A stretch of 64,000 bases of DNA, taken from assembly GCA_951406725.2 (NCBI GenBank), contig OX597821.1, forward strand, positions 51,274,001-51,338,000. The letters are read 5' to 3'. This document shows positions 40,255 through 52,849 of the stretch, in pieces (the first letter of the stretch is position 1; every line of letters starts with the position of its first letter). The stretch comes from Octopus vulgaris. Taxonomy: Eukaryota. The notes below the pieces were generated by a model, which worked only from the letters and a program-made list of their open reading frames with translations, had not been told where the DNA came from and made no database searches. The translations under genes were made by a program, and so were the position numbers.

Positions 40255-40299
40255 TTACTTTACCGGTTTCACTCTTTGGAAAAAGATTGTCAAAAGTAA
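40255..40299 (-). ncRNA. Minimal hammerhead ribozyme-like motif (U3-A8 core)
   Basis: Minus strand reads UUACUU UUGACAA U CUUUU UCCA AAGAG U GAAA CCGG UA AAGUAA: 6-bp stem I, ACCGGU palindrome and GUA site, about 40 nt from a (TA)n tract. Confidence 0.7.
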
Positions 40300-41379
40300 C
40301 ATGTAGAAGTTTGGTTGCGTTAATTATTGGTTGTTACAAATTACTACATTACATATATACAGTCTTAGGTAACAGGGACGTGTTAAGGACATAAAAAAGT
40401 TCAACAAGTTCCTTAAAATATTGGGCACAAGAGATTACAACAAATATATTATACATTCTCAAGATAATTTCCAGAAGGAATTATTAAAAAAGTTCAGTAA
40501 ATATTGGTATACACGTACAGAATATTATGAGTTCAAAAAGGTTTACATTATAATAGTAGTGAAGCTAAAACTGACCTGTCCACCATGTTAACGTAAAAGA
40601 ATATTATCTATTTCAAGGGACACAGTAGGTGTGCTTGGTTGGGGGAAATGAGAAGTAATGTGGAACTGAAAAGAATTTACCCTTTTTGTCTCTCCTTCAA
40701 GCATCAATGATTTAGGGGTCAGGATGGGGTAAGTGTATGTGTTTTTGTGTGTGTGTATATATACATATGTGGTGTGAATAGATGTGTATGTGTGTTTGTA
40801 AGGTCTGGTAGGATGGTGTGTGTATACGTGTGTCCGTTTGTCAACCGCGTGTGTGGTTGTCTTGGTGTTGTGTGTGTGTGTGCATGTATGTATGTGTGTG
40901 GATGGCATTTGGCATGGTGCTGCGTGTGTATATGTGTGTCTGTATGGAGGTCCGAATGGTGTGAGTGTGTGTGTCTTTGTGTGTGTGTATATATATATAT
41001 GTATACATGTGTTTGTGTGTGTGTGTGTGCGGGTGTTTTTGATTGGTTCCAGGGTCCATTGTGGTGTAAATAGATGTGTGTTATTTAAAAAAGTTTTTGT
41101 TAGGATGGTGTGTGTATATGTGTGCTCGTTTGTGTGTGTGGGCATATGTGTGTAGTTAATGTTTATTAGTGTGTTGCGTGTGCGTTAGTGTGTATGTGTT
41201 TGTTCGTATGTGTGTCCATGTCTGTTGGGTGTATCTGTGTGACATGTGTGTGTACATGCGTTTTGTGTGTGTTGGTATTGAGTATGTGTTTGTGTGTATA
41301 TATATATATATATATATACACATACATACACATACATACATACATATGTGTGTGCGTATACAAACACATACGCACATAC

Positions 41380-41600
41380 ATAGGACTCAGATGTGTCTGT
41401 GTGGTAAGAAGTTTGTTTCTCAACAACATAGACACGTTGTTCCAGGTTTTCTGTTTGTCATCCGCTAACACTTGGTGACCGATTTTAGCGGTATCAATTC
41501 CTCGAGAGGCAGCAATTCGACAAAACTGAGCGATAGAATAAGTAGAAATTCTTCAATGTGTTGCTCTTGCATGGGCATAGCCTAATGATTGAAACAACAG
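41380..41600 (+). mobile_element. SINE family 1, degenerate
   Basis: CTGTGTGGTAAGAAGTTTG head and GCATGG..TAATGATTGAAACAA tail. Confidence 0.65.
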
Positions 41601-41745
41601 AATAATGCATAAGATACACTCATACAAGCATGCAAGCATACAAACACACACGCACATGTATGTGCATACCTGCATGCATACATACATACATACATATATT
41701 TATATAAATATCAATGTACATATATGTATATATACATACATACCT

Positions 41746-41797
<52 letters not shown>

Positions 41798-41883
41798 ATA
41801 TTTCGGAATGGTCATTTTGCCAGTTTAGCCAATAAAAAATCTTGCACAACAAATATATAAACGTACTATATATATACATTTAC

Positions 41884-41925
<42 letters not shown>

Positions 41926-41953
41926 TTATATATATATATACATTCATATATAC

Positions 41954-42015
<62 letters not shown>

Positions 42016-42439
42016 AAATGTATGTAATATCTTTACGAACCTAACTGGGAATATCTGCCAAGAATTGTCAAGGAATATCTGCAATTGGAATCTTAAATTG
42101 GCAAGAGAATGTAAGTTGTGCTTGCAGCATTGTTTTTTATAAGACATTTACAGTCAGCCCCAAGTGCTGTCAGAAAGTCTGGAGATAAGGATTATATACG
42201 GTAGCAAATATGTATGACAGTGATCTAGTCCTCTGCTTTCCTTTTCAAGAATTTGTCTTCATAGAATTTTCACGAAACTCTATCTATATCTGAAGTCATT
42301 GTTGAGATAATTTCAATGTAGAAAAGTGTCAGTATTCCATGATAAAACATGGTGGGTAAATCGCGTTGTTTCACGTCTATTGCGACTGATATTTTGATAT
42401 TTTAATAGTAACATTCACTTCTACTTGAAAAAAATGAGC

Positions 42440-42620
42440 TAAAATTTAAGGGAGGCTTCTAGTCCATTAAATCAGGACCATTGCTCGACGGGTAGTTATT
42501 TTATAGATCGCGAAAGGATGAAAGGAAAAATCGACCGAGGCGGCATTTGAACTCAGAACGTATACACGGACGAAATGCTTAACCGTAGTTTGTTCTGCGC
42601 TCTAGCGATTCTGCCTTGAT
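42440..42620 (-). mobile_element. SINE family 3, partial
   Basis: GAAAGGATGAAAGGAAAAATCGACCGAGGCGGCATTTGAACTCAGAACG. Confidence 0.75.
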
Positions 42621-42649
42621 CTTAATTTTAATAATACTTTCCACTATAG

Positions 42650-43770
42650 GTGTAACCCTATGGCTGCGATATGTTGATGACATCTTCATACTCTGGCCCC
42701 ACTAGGAAAATGTCCCAGTGCTGTTAGATCATGTGAACTCAATAAAGCCATCCATAGAGTTCACAATAGAAAAAGAAAAAAGACAATCAGCTCGTATTCC
42801 TGGACGTATTAATAACACGCACCAAGTAATGATTCGGGACATCCGTATACCGCAAGCCGATCTTCACTGGACGATACCTCAACTTCAACTCCCACCATCC
42901 ATACAGTGTAAAGAGAGCGATTGCTCAATGCCTAAAATATCGAGCAATGAATATAAGAAGCGATCGGGATACCCACCACGAAGAAATGATCAAGTTCAGT
43001 AACAATCTATCAAGCGACAACTACCCCAAAACATACTATCCACTCCAATTAGGAAAAAAAGAGAGGATGAAACCGATAAAATTTCCACAGTCTGTCTACC
43101 CTATGTAAAACGCCTCTCCGAAAAGATAGAAAAGATATGCGGCCCATATGACATCAGGACACTGTTGGAAAAGTAATACAACACTTCGCAAATATCTCCT
43201 TCGAGTAAAACCACCAATAGAAGAGAATATGACTAAGAACTGCGTGTACTCAATCCGATGCAGCTGTGGCAGGTTATGCAAATGTGAAACATGCCGCCCC
43301 CTCAAAATAAGGGTAGAAGAACATCGCAAAGCTGTGTCACGAGGAGATATTGAGAAATCGGGTATAGCTAACGATGTATGGAAAAATAGAGCCCACCTCC
43401 CCCTGTGGTATGAAGTTAAAATAATAGACACAGAACACCACTGGCAATTACGAAAACTAAAAGAAGTAGCACATATGCTAGGACACAACATCCTCCTAAG
43501 CAGACCATGTGCAGATACGAACAGCATATGGGAACCGGTATTAAGGACGGATTTATAAGCCATAAAATTCATTCCATAATTAAGAGCGCGGGCTACTAAC
43601 CCCAATATTACGAGTTCCATTCCAGTGACCTGAAATAATAATAATAATAACATTAGGAATGAGAACCCAATTCGAAATTTTCCCAAGACACCAGATGAAG
43701 GCTGGAGGGTATGTCAGCCGAAAGTCGTGTTGACAACAAACAAGATCAGGACAAATATCCGTCAATATTA
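42650..43770 (+). mobile_element. Penelope-like element, Poseidon/Penelope-type, 5'-truncated and decayed
   Basis: WLRYVDDIFILWPH*, IEFTIEKE, FLDVLI, VYRKP..TGRYLNFNSHHP, LPYV, NCVYSIRCSCGRL..ETCRPLKIRVEEH, KSGIA and RKLKE, with stops and frameshifts. The 3' repeat carries a hammerhead fold and abuts (TA)n. Confidence 0.9.
43687..43731 (+). ncRNA. Hammerhead ribozyme-like motif in PLE 3' repeat (U4A, probably decayed)
   Basis: GACAC CAGAUGA A GGCUG (10-nt loop) CAGCC GAAA GUC GUGUU. Confidence 0.7.
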
Positions 43771-43776
43771 TATTAT

Positions 43777-43837
<61 letters not shown>

Positions 43838-43840
<3 letters not shown>

Positions 43841-44010
43841 TAGAGTTTACGAAAAAAACAAAAGACGAAGACAGGTGCTGTACAAAACAAACAGATGTAT
43901 TAGTATAACGCTCAGGAATAGAAAAAGTCTTTTACGTTTCGAGCCTACGCTCTTCTACAGAAAGGGACACAGAAAAAAAACAAGGAGGGAAAAATGTGTA
44001 TAGTGGCTAA

Positions 44011-44013
<3 letters not shown>
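43838..44013 (-). mobile_element. PLE terminal-repeat fragment, family A, with A6U hammerhead motif (43929-43964), flanked by (TA)n
   Basis: Minus strand reads CUUU CUGUAGA A GAGC GUAG GCUC GAAA CG UA AAAG. Homologous to 6321-6520. Confidence 0.85.
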
Positions 44014-44069
<56 letters not shown>

Positions 44070-44857
44070 CCTATAACATAACAAAGCATTTAGTAACATT
44101 AACCCGTTAACTATCGTTAACTAACCCCAAAATATGCAAAATATATGTGTTTATGAAAGGCTCACATACTTTTGGTACACGACTGGTACATTGATTTTCA
44201 CTTAAAAGACAAAATATGTCGAGTGGCTGGTCTTCGATCAATATAAATGCATTATGCTAGTAAGTAGATGTAAAATGTTAACCATTCATATATTTGATTA
44301 AATTCTTTCTACCTGTATGATAGATTGATTGACGCTATATAAATGCAATATCCATAGATTTCATCTATTCGTGTGAAATTTTGTAATCGGAAACTTTCAA
44401 CTGAGCAAATCTTTGAGCAAATAATATTCAACTGAGCAAATATTATTGAGCGATGTCTGCTTATAAATGACATCTGCAATGCAATTCCTTCCTATTAATG
44501 CGTATTTGCAACCAAAAAATTAAGAGAAAATATACGAGACTGTATATTACTGAAATCTGTTTATGCTTTACAAATATTTATTTAATCAGTAGAGCGACAG
44601 TTATGTCTAAGTACGCAGGTATCATATATACATACACATGCACCAATGCCACTACACAGAAATGGACACGATTATGTTTCTGTCTCTCTCACACTCATTT
44701 TAAATACATGCATATGTGTGTGTATATGTTTGTGTGAATATACCACACACACACACACACGCACACGCAAACACACACACGCACGCACACACACAGACAC
44801 ACACACATACACACACACACAATTATGTTAACAGATATTTCGAAATTTCCTCTGCAG

Positions 44858-44942
44858 GTGCTTCAACACACTTCGAATCTTGGAAATGATATTAACTCAT
44901 ATATATTCTAGATTCTACTACACTAGTACTGCTTTTGTTTAT
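44858..44942 (+). CDS. Candidate host internal exon (unverified)
   Basis: Acceptor TTTCCTCTGCAG and donor GTATGT. One open frame CFNTLRILEMILTHIYSRFYYTSTAFVY ending in phase 0. Confidence 0.25.
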
Positions 44943-45211
44943 GTATGTCTTTTTTACATTTCTAAATATTACAAACACACAAACACACGTACACAGACAC
45001 AAAATATACAAAATTCACAGAATTTTGTCTTTTAGAAAATTTCAATGACAGTTTAAGGCTGTATTTCTCAACGTGATTTTGAGAACGCTATAGAAAAATC
45101 TGAGGATTCAGGAAAATTATATTACATACATATGAGGGATGACCATTAACTGGACATCTATTATGCTAGAAGTCGACCCCAATGGACTTACTACTAAGAA
45201 AGAGATGTTCT

Positions 45212-45363
45212 CAAGAAAATTTAGCAAACGCCAGAACGTAATCGAGCAAGACACAAAATATACAGATTAAACAACGAAACTGTGTTTGTGATTAATCTGT
45301 ATATTTTGTAACTTTTCATTTGTCTTGCTCGCTTACGTTCTGGCGTTTGCTACATTTTCTTGT
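45212..45363. repeat. Fold-back inverted repeat (hairpin)
   Basis: 45212-45270 pairs with 45292-45363, with two mismatches and a 12-nt bulge; ~21-nt loop. Confidence 0.9.
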
Positions 45364-46430
45364 GGACATAATATATAATGGATGTTGCTGTTTTATTATG
45401 AATCTGCACCAATTTTGGATGATAGCATGAATAGATTTGTTTGTAATATAAAAGTATAAGAAGTTCGAAAATTGCATTGTCTTTGTCCTTCTTGTGAAAG
45501 TATATCATTTTAATGTAGGAACTCTTTAACAAAGATCTGGGTAGTACAACATTTTAATAAGCTACTTGGAGAGAGATCTACATCTTAGCGTGTTTGTATT
45601 TATACTTCATCTTCAAGATTACAGCAGGCCTACTTTAACATTGCTGCAATAAAGATGGAAAACAGCGTAGTGTCAACATACATCCTCTTTTCAACACTTT
45701 GCTACAACATATAATTCTGATGTGTCTCCTCATTGTTTGAAGGTTAGATAATTCCAGTGTGTGGGGTTTCCATTATAGATGTGAGCTTCTTATGCAATTA
45801 TATTTTCTTAGTAGTTGTTTCGGGTTTCAGCTACCCACACTATCGAATGTTTTGAAAATCAATAAGCATCACGTACAGGAACCTATCATGTTCCATGCAT
45901 TTTTGCAGGAATTGTCTGACGTAAAATACCTTGTATATTTTACTGTCTCTGGTGTTATTTGTCATTTCCTTTTAAGCAATCAGTATGCGGAATAGGCGTG
46001 AATTTTGTTGCTTACTAATAAGCGAACTGAAGTCCTCTATAAGTTCCAGAGTTTTTATCTAATTTCTTGCGAAATGAGACACCATGTTTACGTTTATTCA
46101 ATATAGAATACGCAACATGTTTTTAACGACCAAATTAATTTCAGATCGTACTTCACTCTCAGCAGATACTCTCTCATCCTCTATACAAGCAAATACACGC
46201 TGTAACTACTCCAGTAATGAATATATCGTATCGAGGACAGAAACTCCGACGGTGCGATGCGTATGATATGAAATGCCACGCGTTTTATGAAACCAGATGC
46301 AACATATAGTTGCTGAAAGTATTCACACCATCTCTTCAGTCGTCTCGTGATGTTGCAGAGTAATTCCTTAATAATAATTGATTTTAGCATTAGTTTCCGT
46401 AGCCATCGTGTCATTTTTGTTTGTGGATCA
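45360..46430 (-). mobile_element. Old RTE-like LINE RT fragment
   Basis: Minus strand gives LKRWCEYFQQL, TYRG, LYVMLIDFQ../FDSV and RGCML../TLFSIFIAAML (cf. GVKQGCVLAPTLFSIF..AML). Confidence 0.7.
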
Positions 46431-46500
46431 TTATACACTACAAACACGAATATTTAAATATGTATGTATGCATGGTCATATGGATGTATGTGCCCCCCCC

Positions 46501-46542
<42 letters not shown>

Positions 46543-46598
46543 ATATGTGAAAAATAATTATGTATGCTTGCATGGACACATTCACTCATCCATCCATC

Positions 46599-46669
<71 letters not shown>

Positions 46670-46712
46670 AAACAAGTCAAAATAGAAAATGCTAAAATAA
46701 TTTTATAAAGAA

Positions 46713-46760
46713 CATTTCAGTACCGGTTTCGGTCATTTTGAGACCTTTTCAACTGTAACG
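46713..46760 (-). ncRNA. Minimal hammerhead ribozyme-like motif (U3-A8 core) within a (TA)n-flanked fragment (~46664-46920)
   Basis: Minus strand reads CGUUACAG UUGAAAA GGUC UCAAAAU GACC GAAA CCGG UA CUGAAAUG: stem I 7 of 8 paired (one G-U), stem II 4 bp, ACCGGU palindrome, GUA site. Confidence 0.78.
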
Positions 46761-46918
46761 ATTAAATAATTAAATTTAGAAAAATTAGAAGAAAAGTTTT
46801 TTTAAAGGAATATTTGTATAGTAGTGTTCAAATATAAGTGGCATTCTACCTTTCTCTGACTCCCTTGTTTGCACTTGTGTGTTCGAGGTCGTTGGGAATT
46901 CTTGTCGCTGTGAATACA

Positions 46919-46949
<31 letters not shown>

Positions 46950-47518
46950 GATATATCAGTATCGGAATTGTGAAGATTTATTTATTCTTGCCTGCAGCAG
47001 TATTTCAATCACAGCATTTTGCTTTGCATGATAACCAACAAGTTACAAGTATCACAGCATATATTTAAGGAATATTGCAGGAAATGAATGTTTGATTTAT
47101 ATACCTAAACGTGTCACGAAATTCTCAGTGGTTTTATTCGTGAAATGAATTCTCGTAGCGTAAACTGTAGAGCTATGCGGAAATCTTGTCTTTCCTATCG
47201 GATCTAAAATATACCTTGAATCTATATTTAGTATATGTGTTTAGATGGCGTAAATCCCATGCCATTTGAAAGATTCTTCGCGTTTTGTTGGGCGTGAGTT
47301 TTTTCATATACATGTGCATGTGTAATCATATACAGCAGCACTCAAACACACACACACACAGACACACACACACACACGCATAGTTATTAATAAGAGATTA
47401 TAAAATAATTCATAAGCCGAGTGTGGAATTTTAAAAAGTAGAGGAATGTATAAACCCCATTATTTATACCTTGTCTTTATACATATATATGTTTATATGT
47501 GTGTGTGTGTGTGTGTGC

Positions 47519-47567
<49 letters not shown>

Positions 47568-47568
47568 A

Positions 47569-47603
<35 letters not shown>

Positions 47604-47764
47604 AATAGAGAGAGAGAGAGAGAGAGAGAGATACAAGCATATCTATATGAATATGGGTGTTTTTGAGCGTATTTATTTATATATGTGTACATAATCTTGG
47701 TTCAACATCATTGAACGTGAAAGGTATTTTCAAATTATTCATTAAGTCATTATTTTAATATTGA

Positions 47765-47975
47765 TCTCAAATTTTGGTACAAGGCCAGAAATTTAGGGCT
47801 AGATGGTAAGTCGATCACATCGATGCGAGTGAGGAACTGGTACTTATTTTATAGACCTCGAAAGGTTGAAAAGCTAAGTCAGCCTTGGCGGAATTTGAAC
47901 TTAGAACGTAAAGACGGACGAAAAGCCGCTAAGCATTTGCCCGTAGTGCCAACGATTCTGCCAACTCGCTGCTTT
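47765..47975 (-). mobile_element. SINE family 3
   Basis: Full head-to-tail match to 30845-31065. Confidence 0.85.
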
Positions 47976-48389
47976 AATCATTATTACAATATTGGATGGC
48001 CGTTATGTATCTCCTTAGATTTAAGTGTTTCAACCTTGACATTGCTATCATAGGCAGAAATCAATATCTTATTGTCTGAAATAATTGCTTCAACCTGTAA
48101 ACGTATAGTAATTCCGGTTTCGGACAAATTAGTTTAATTTAGAACAATTATCCGCCTAATCTCCTTCCCAGAAAACGGTATGCAGTCTATTACTTCTTTG
48201 AATAATAAAATCAGATATATTAATTTCAAGCGTGTAATTCTTAAATATTTCAGTAATTCTTGCATTGCTCTGCATGAGGCTAGGACAACTATACAAATTA
48301 GCTGAGATGGGTATTGACTCTCCAAATCGGAGATTTGCTTAAACCTTGGACAAATAAATTTCTGCTTTAACGAATATTCTAGTATACAC

Positions 48390-48800
48390 TCCTTTTACTC
48401 GTTTTAGTCTTTTGGAAAGCGGTCATGATGGAGCACCGCCTCAAACGGTATAGCCGAAAAATCTACTCTGGTACTTATTTTAATTTACTGGGAGAGAAAT
48501 AAATCAACACTGGTTTCGAGAGTTAGTGGGGAAGAAACACATAGAAATACACATGTATCTCTCTCTCACTCTCTTTCTCCGTCTGTCTGTCCGTCTGTAT
48601 ATATATATATATTTATATATATATACACACACAAACACACACACACACACACATATATATATACATATATATGGTGGGGGTGACTAGCTTCGTCTACTAA
48701 ATCCATTCTCAAGGCTTTGCTTGGCCTGAAGATATAGTAGAAGAAACTGAACGCTAGACCACATGGTTAAGAAGAAAGCCCCTTACAACACATCCACGCA
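48390..48800 (-). mobile_element. SINE family 1, degenerate
   Basis: CATGATGGAGCACCGCC tail and CGTCTACTAAATCCA..CAAGGCTTTG..ATAGTAGAAGA. Confidence 0.7.
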
Positions 48801-51387
48801 TGTAAAAGCAAACAATGAATTACCTTTCATATTGATACGTTGATGTAAGATTCTATAACTGCTGTATTCAAACTGTAACTCTCCGCAAACCAAATCCACT
48901 TCCTAATTCCATTATCTGACGAAGAAATAACCCGGAGCTTTCTTTTTAATCTGAATGCGTCAAAGGAATGCAAAAAGTCAAGTATTCTAATTTTGCTCCT
49001 GTATGAAATGTTTGTTTTATATTTACTTATATTACTATTAAAACTGTTACAGTTTTACAACGTATACATTCTATATTCTAGTAATGTACATGGTTTCAGT
49101 AGATCACTTTTTCACGACTGTGGGCTATCTATTATGTTTTATGTGAGGGAAATGTCTCGGCTCATCTGGCGATAGAGTGCACAGCTATCCACATGAACTG
49201 ATGCGAATTGCAGGGCTCAGTGAAAATCGAACGCGCATTGTGGCCCCGCAATCCCACCGTCCCGAGGTCCCATCCAGTCGAGAAGTATTTAGGTGTCCTA
49301 AATAACACGTTAAACTGCATCCGACGGGGCCAATTAGTACGGGGTTTAGAAGTATGGAACCACTTCTTAGCCTCTATTGTTCCCCAAGCATACTCTGACA
49401 CTAAGTAGTAGCACCTATTAGCATCCCAGCTATGGGCTAAGTAGCATGTGAACCACTCTCTTGAAACCCAGGCGAAGTTTACTGCAATAACTGTCGGAGA
49501 CTTGGTCAGCGAATCCTCTGCGGTGGTTGACAATCAACGGTAAGATAAGATGCTACAGATTACACCATCCCAATGTGTGTATGTATGAGGCAGGGCACCA
49601 CATGTGAACTTGTATTGTCACTGAAAGCAAAAGACAACAAGCATTTAGCAATGAGTTAGTTTCTTTATGTTAACATATACCTGTTCAAATACTTACTAAA
49701 ATTCTAGTACACAAACTTCATCCCCGGCAACATAAAATATTTCAGCTTTTCCCCTCGGATCTGCAGCCAATATTATTAATAACGTACTATACATTCTCTA
49801 GCCTTCAACCGTGGATTTAACGACAATTTGTGGAACTCTCGAATGGCTAAAGTGTATCAGAAGTTTCTGCAATTATATTACCGAAAGTAATGCAGCTTTT
49901 GCATTAATGATATTTCCATATTAACCTTTTTCCATGCAGGGCCAAGCAATATCTTTCATAACGGCGTATCTCTCATCACAATTAGTAATTAGAAAGACAT
50001 TTCAGAAGAGAAAACATTAACGCGAATTCCTATCGAGAATTTATTCATAAATATGTCTTAATCAAATTCACAAATTCTGTACCTGGTTCAGTAAACATGT
50101 TCAATAACAAGGTGCATATAAATAGCATGACAATTAATTGTAGTAATGTATATAATATGAGCAGTAAGATACCGAGTTTCTTTTAATCCCCTGAGTTGAA
50201 AGGAATGGTTGAAGTCGTTTATCAAAGTACGTCCAAAATGGTAGTCAAAGTATTCTGAGAACCACATGTGACTTGTGAATCAACACTAGATAAGGTAGCT
50301 GCTACGTGATAATTTCACCTGCAAGAAATAGTAGCCAAAATCATATAGAACACGTACTCCATCGCCACAAACAAGAAATTGTATTTGAGACACCCTTCTC
50401 AAATAGGCTGTATAGTCATGGCTGGAAAGCGATTAATCTTATATTTAGTCGAGAAAATCTGATCTAGACTTCAAACAACAAAAACAGCAACATAAGCAAT
50501 AAGCAATATACACCTAGACAACGCATAAACAAAAATCAAAATATGTAGTGAGAGTCTAAACCATCAGACATAATCGGATCTGTATGCCAGACACGAACTT
50601 ATCCACTAAGAGATAGATTTCTGCACATCTCAATATTGATATTGTTTAGAATTACCAATCCATAAATGTTCATTCTTATATGAAGATGTAAATGTTCAAT
50701 ACTTTTATTCTTTTCTTTATTCAATATTGAAGCGGTATTCCTCTAACATATTTGCATATATCTAAGTATCTAATTCAAATGCTTCTTATAAACTTCAAGA
50801 TTATATTATTGTCATAATGTTATTTTTGATTTGCTGCCTATAAAAACGGCCCTCAAGAAATCTGGGTTCCTTACCATCTTCCGATATATATTGGCAACTT
50901 TTGATTACACATACAAGTAATTATTTTGCTGAAGTTTATAGAGCATTGAAGTAGCCTTATGCATTATTGGGTATTTATGTATTATCGAACTGGCAGCGAT
51001 GGAGAGGAAAGGAAGAGAACTAGTTAATGTTATTGAATGATTTCCTACTTTCTCCTGTAGCTGCATCTAATAATATACAGAATACAGAAATGACATCCAC
51101 ACACATACCCACCAAACTACAAACATGTACATGCATACATACAAATATCTGCGTATGCATGTGTATGTGTATATATATATACGTATGCGTGTATGTGTGT
51201 GCGTGTGTATAAATATATATATTCATGGGTTAATTTACATACACGTAAATATATATTTGTGTCCACGTACAAACACACATACACACAGAGGCAAATACAT
51301 ACATATACACATACATGCATATATATATATATTATATACACATACGCATACGTACGTATGTGTGTGTGTTTGTATTTATTCCTCTTG

Positions 51388-51435
<48 letters not shown>

Positions 51436-52139
51436 ATGCATTATGTGAGTGTTTCTCTGTTTATAAATATAGAATTATATTCGCAAGATGTAATTTAAGA
51501 CAAAAATAGCTCTTGAGACGAAATCCTACAATGATTTCCATGTATGGATTCTTAAATCAATCACGGGACAACTTAGCAATATAAAGAATAATAGAGGAAA
51601 CCAATAAACATTGTCAGAACGTCAGGATTTCACATTGACGTAACGACATGTAATGTTGATGGAAATCTAGAATTTACGACCAACGATGAAATCAACTGTA
51701 GCTTCTTATTTTTATATTACATTATAGCTTATGCTATTCTGTATTGACATGCTTGCCTGCTTGCCGTTATAATATTGACCGATGGTTATTGCTTTCACGT
51801 AGTTAATAATTTATGTGCTTAAAGAAGACTGCATGAGAGCTTTGTTAATTGTTTATCAAATCCAAATGGGATAAATTGAAAAGTTGTCTGTAAGTAGAAT
51901 ATCAACGATGAGCGTAAGGGGAGCGTAATATGAGCTATTAGAGCTACCGGGTAGCCTGTAAGAGGTCATGAAAAATATATAAAATAGCAGCTAATTCCTC
52001 TCGAAATTACCAATCTCTTACACGAAAGAATATAGTTGGAAATGTGGTTCAAGTTATATTAAAAAATATGGGCCTTGAAATGATCTTGATAAAATGTCTC
52101 CTTCAACTAACGTGGCCTGGTGCTGAATTTAATATTTCA

Positions 52140-52460
52140 GATTTTGGCACAAGGGCAGCAGTTTTAGGGAGCTCAACTGGTAATTATTTTAGTAACCCCA
52201 AGAGGATGAATAACAAAGTCGACGTCGAATTTGTACTCCGAACGTTATAGATCGCAGGTTTTTTTTGTTTTTGTTTTGACACGCTAGCGATTCTGCCAGC
52301 TTACCGACGTCCAGCAGCTAATTATAATTTTTTCTCCTAAAGGCAAAGTGTTTCAAATCTTGATGAGAGGCATCTAGTCAATTACACCGGCCCCAGTGCT
52401 CAACTGTCACTTATTTTATTGACCCTGAAAGAATGGAAGACGAAGTCGAACTCGGTTGCC
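52140..52460 (-). mobile_element. Two tandem partial SINE family 3 copies
   Basis: TTTTGGCACAAGG..CTCAACTGG..ATGAA..CAAAGTCGAC-type block occurs twice. Confidence 0.7.
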
Positions 52461-52849
52461 AAGCATTTCGGAGAGGACAAACATAAATACATGCAAACAC
52501 ACTCACACTTACTCATACATATAACACATTAATATACACATACACGTATGCATATAGGACGGGATTCCAATCAATATTCGTCTATCGAATTTGCTATCCA
52601 GAAGACATTTGATGGTGCTACGCAGTGAGACTGAACTCGAAAGCACGTGGTTCTAGAACAATATTCGTTATCACACAAATATGGACTATGCAGAATGTCA
52701 TATTTACGGGTTATGTATGCAGTATCAAATTAATTCAGCAAGTAGAACTCCGTTATTTGTATTTTAATATTTTAATCTTTAGTAGTTCTATTGATATTTC
52801 CAATAATACATTAGATTTCTATATCAGAAATGAAGTAAATATATATATA

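Noticed and set aside
41793-41875. Hammerhead fold in this TA-flanked fragment
   Set aside because: GAAA plus palindrome is present on the minus strand, but there is no acceptable CUGANGA-like core or stem II.
46995-47070. QYFNHS peptide resembling the SET-domain NHSC motif
   Set aside because: Lacks the Cys and Pro-Asn, hits a stop, and is in the wrong order relative to the candidate exons.
49162-49533. 123-aa minus-strand ORF
   Set aside because: Overlaps what looks like a SINE/LINE-UTR-type repeat and has no protein motifs.
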